The position numbers and the translations under genes were made by a program. The notes under the pieces were generated by a model that saw only the letters and a list, made by a program, of their open reading frames with translations, was not told where the DNA came from and searched no databases. From assembly GCA_963826785.1 (NCBI GenBank), contig CAWGYD010000006.1, positions 960,001-1,024,000 on the forward strand: a stretch of 64,000 nt of DNA, read 5' to 3'. The DNA comes from an uncultured delta proteobacterium (GTDB lineage: Bacteria; Desulfobacterota; Desulfobacteria; Desulfobacterales; Desulfosalsimonadaceae). This document shows positions 61,711 to 64,000 of this stretch, piece by piece (within the stretch, counting starts at the first letter, position 1; each line of letters opens with the position of its first letter).

Positions 61711-62700
61711 ATGGGAAAGCCCTTTCGAACCTGCTGCCTGCTGCTGTTCCTGCTGGCGCCGTTTTTCCCCGGCGCTGCAGTCACTGCTGCCCCGTTGAAT
61801 TCGGATGCGCCTCCCAAAAAAGGGATCATCGCCAGATCCATACCCTTCGTGGACAGGACCCAGCGGCAAATATCGAAGGGGGTCATTGCCAGCGCCCGGA
61901 AGATCGATTCTTTTTTCCGGGACCCCACTTACCTGGCGGAGGAAAACACCACCAGCCTCCGGCTGCTCATGGGGGTTTTCCAGGAGGAGGGCCAGTCGCC
62001 CGAATTTCAGTTCAACCCGCTGCTGCGGCTGGTGCTCCCGTACACCGAAAAGCGGCTGCTCCTGGAGGTGATCAGCACCGCGGATGAAAACCTGGAATTT
62101 TTAGATCAGCGGCTCCCCTTCAATGTCCGGCAGTACAGCCAGAGCAACAAAGAACCCACCACCGCCACCCTTCAGTATTTTTTAAAAGCCAAGGAGAAGC
62201 TGAATCTAAGCATGACCGCAGGCGCCCGATGGGAAGACGGAGCCCCCGTGTTTCATGCGGGCCCCCGCTACCGGACGGCGTATGCCCGGGATTTCTGGGG
62301 AATTCAATTGGTCGAGTGGGTTCGGTGGGATACGGACGCGGGACTGGAGGCCAGGAGCGAGTTCGATGTCGACGTGAACATGCGAAAGGACATGCTTTTC
62401 CGGACCCGGCTGGCCGGCACCTGGCACGATGATGAGGATGATTTTCCCCACAGCGTCAGCTTCCAGTTGTTCCACCAGATAAGGGCCGACCGTGCAATGG
62501 CTTATGAAATCAACAATTTCATGACCACGGTTCCCAACCACCGCCTGGAGGAAATCCGGTTCAGGATCAAGTACCGGCAGCAGATCTGGCGGGAATGGTT
62601 TTTCTATGAAGTGGCGCCCCAGCTGTCCTTCCCCCGGGACCAGGACTTTGATTTGACCCCGGGCATTTTGTTTCAGATCGAGCTCTATTTCGGCCCCTGA
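61711..62700 (+). CDS. Hypothetical exported / outer-membrane beta-barrel-like protein
   Basis: Signal peptide, IDSFF, alternating beta-strand pattern, WREWFFYEVAP, terminal YFG. Confidence 0.65.
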   Translation: MGKPFRTCCLLLFLLAPFFPGAAVTAAPLNSDAPPKKGIIARSIPFVDRTQRQISKGVIASARKIDSFFRDPTYLAEENTTSLRLLMGVFQEEGQSPEFQFNPLLRLVLPYTEKRLLLEVISTADENLEFLDQRLPFNVRQYSQSNKEPTTATLQYFLKAKEKLNLSMTAGARWEDGAPVFHAGPRYRTAYARDFWGIQLVEWVRWDTDAGLEARSEFDVDVNMRKDMLFRTRLAGTWHDDEDDFPHSVSFQLFHQIRADRAMAYEINNFMTTVPNHRLEEIRFRIKYRQQIWREWFFYEVAPQLSFPRDQDFDLTPGILFQIELYFGP

Positions 62701-62808
62701 GCCTGTCTTCTTCGTTTGATGCGCTTGAAAATGCGGTTATTTTTATGAAGTCCGAAGAATGGTTAGCTTTTGCATTTTTGGCCTGTGTGCGCCTTGTGAG
62801 CTGCGGGT

Positions 62809-62838
62809 TTGACAAAGGGAAACGAAAAATCATAAAGT
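62809..62838 (+). promoter_or_regulatory. Putative sigma-70 promoter
   Basis: TTGACA-18 nt-TAAAGT upstream of the ABC1 kinase gene. Confidence 0.4.
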
Positions 62839-62958
62839 GGTTTGCGATGTGGACGGAAATAAAAAGGGGGGGTATGCGTTTTCTTTTTTCACGAATATGG
62901 TTTCAAACATGAGTGACTCCGAACTCCTGCCGGGTTTTCCCGGCCCGGGATGGGCCCT

Positions 62959-64000
62959 ATGGCGCGAAAAAAGCTGATCCGCTCTGCCACCTCCCGGATG
63001 GTAAAACTGGGCGGTCTGGCCGGGCGCGTGGGGATTTCCATGGCCGGAAACACCATGGCCAATTTTTTCCGGGACAGGGACACCCGGGAAATTTATCGTT
63101 CCGGGGCCATGTTGAAGAATGCGATACGGGTTAAGGAACTGCTGGGGGAGCTCAAGGGCGTGCCCATGAAGATCGGGCAGATGGTCAGTCTGCACGAGCG
63201 CCTCCTGCCCGAAGAAGTGGCCCAGGTGCTCAGAAGCCTTCAGCAGAAAGCACCCGAAGTTCCCTTCCCGGAAATCCGGGCGATGATCGAGCAGGAACTG
63301 GGCAGCCGGTATGATGCCATTGACCGGATCGATGAAGCCGCCCTGGCAGCAGCCTCCATCGGGCAGGTGCACCGGGCGGTGCTAAAGGACGGCCGTGAAA
63401 TCGCTTTGAAGGTTCAATACCCTGGAATCGACGACGTGATCCGGGCGGACCTGAAGAACCTCAAGGGAATTCTAAAGATGGTATTTTCCATGTTCACCCG
63501 GATGGACATGGAACAGGTCTGGCAGGAATTGAGCGCCCGGCTGCTGGAAGAGCTCGATTACGAGAAGGAGGCCGCCAACATGAAGGCAGCGGCGGCGCTG
63601 TTCGAAGATGACGACCGGATCCGGGTGCCGGGGGTGATCGATGAACTGACCACCCGGCACATCCTGGCCATGGAACTGGTCACGGGGATTTCCCCCGATT
63701 CGGTTACCCGGGGCGGATATCCCCAGGAGTTGAAGAACGCCTGGGGTATTTCGCTTGTTCGGCTGATTCTCAAAGGATTGTTCAATTTCCGGTTTCTGCA
63801 CGCCGATCCCAACCTGGCCAATTTTGCATTCATGGGCAGCGGCGGGATTATCGTCTATGATTTCGGTTGTATGAAAAGGGTTCCGGAAGATCTGCGCCAG
63901 GGGTATTTCCGGCTGCTCAAGGGGGTGCTCAATCATGATTATCCGAAGCTCCCCGGACTGCTCAAATCAATGGGCATGCACAAGGCGGACGGAGAGCCGA
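62959..64000 (+). CDS. AarF/ABC1/UbiB family atypical kinase (truncated at window end)
   Basis: Not in the ORF track; read by eye from ATG 62959: LKGVPMKIGQ, AAASIGQVH, KVQYPG, ELDY, HADPN..NF, YDFGC. Confidence 0.88.
   Translation, partial: MARKKLIRSATSRMVKLGGLAGRVGISMAGNTMANFFRDRDTREIYRSGAMLKNAIRVKELLGELKGVPMKIGQMVSLHERLLPEEVAQVLRSLQQKAPEVPFPEIRAMIEQELGSRYDAIDRIDEAALAAASIGQVHRAVLKDGREIALKVQYPGIDDVIRADLKNLKGILKMVFSMFTRMDMEQVWQELSARLLEELDYEKEAANMKAAAALFEDDDRIRVPGVIDELTTRHILAMELVTGISPDSVTRGGYPQELKNAWGISLVRLILKGLFNFRFLHADPNLANFAFMGSGGIIVYDFGCMKRVPEDLRQGYFRLLKGVLNHDYPKLPGLLKSMGMHKADGEP

Overview
A 64 kb window of mostly core chromosome from a sulfate-reducing bacterium. Gene content and QmoB/QmoC architecture suggest Desulfobacterota, probably Desulfobacterales (inference). 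The centrepiece is the dissimilatory sulfate-activation locus, aprBA-qmoABC with a convergent sat. Around it lie ftsEX-envC-ctpA, prmA, pcm, the lpxC-DUF4390-ntrYX-rsmD-coaD operon, comM, alr, a purF-like gene followed by carB, potABCD, arfB, glgP, murJ and a truncated ABC1/UbiB kinase gene. I recognised no rRNA, tRNA, CRISPR array, integrase or transposase. alr (1 site) and carB (4 sites) carry single-base insertions that look like sequencing/assembly errors. The most interesting signals are non-coding and surround the sulfate-reduction genes: (1) a tandem pair of NrdR-box-like sites 32 bp apart upstream of aprB; (2) a ~165-nt nested stem structure between the aprA terminator and qmoA; (3) a perfect 28-bp palindrome between qmoB and qmoC; (4) a ~510-nt multi-hairpin element between qmoC and sat. 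Other notable items: a PurF homolog lacking the catalytic N-terminal Cys next to carB without carA, a 144-bp MITE-like element between them, and two paralogous PAS + CxxC/HGxCxxC proteins, one coupled to a small GIY-YIG-like protein. All family assignments come from motif recognition by eye; no database searches were run.
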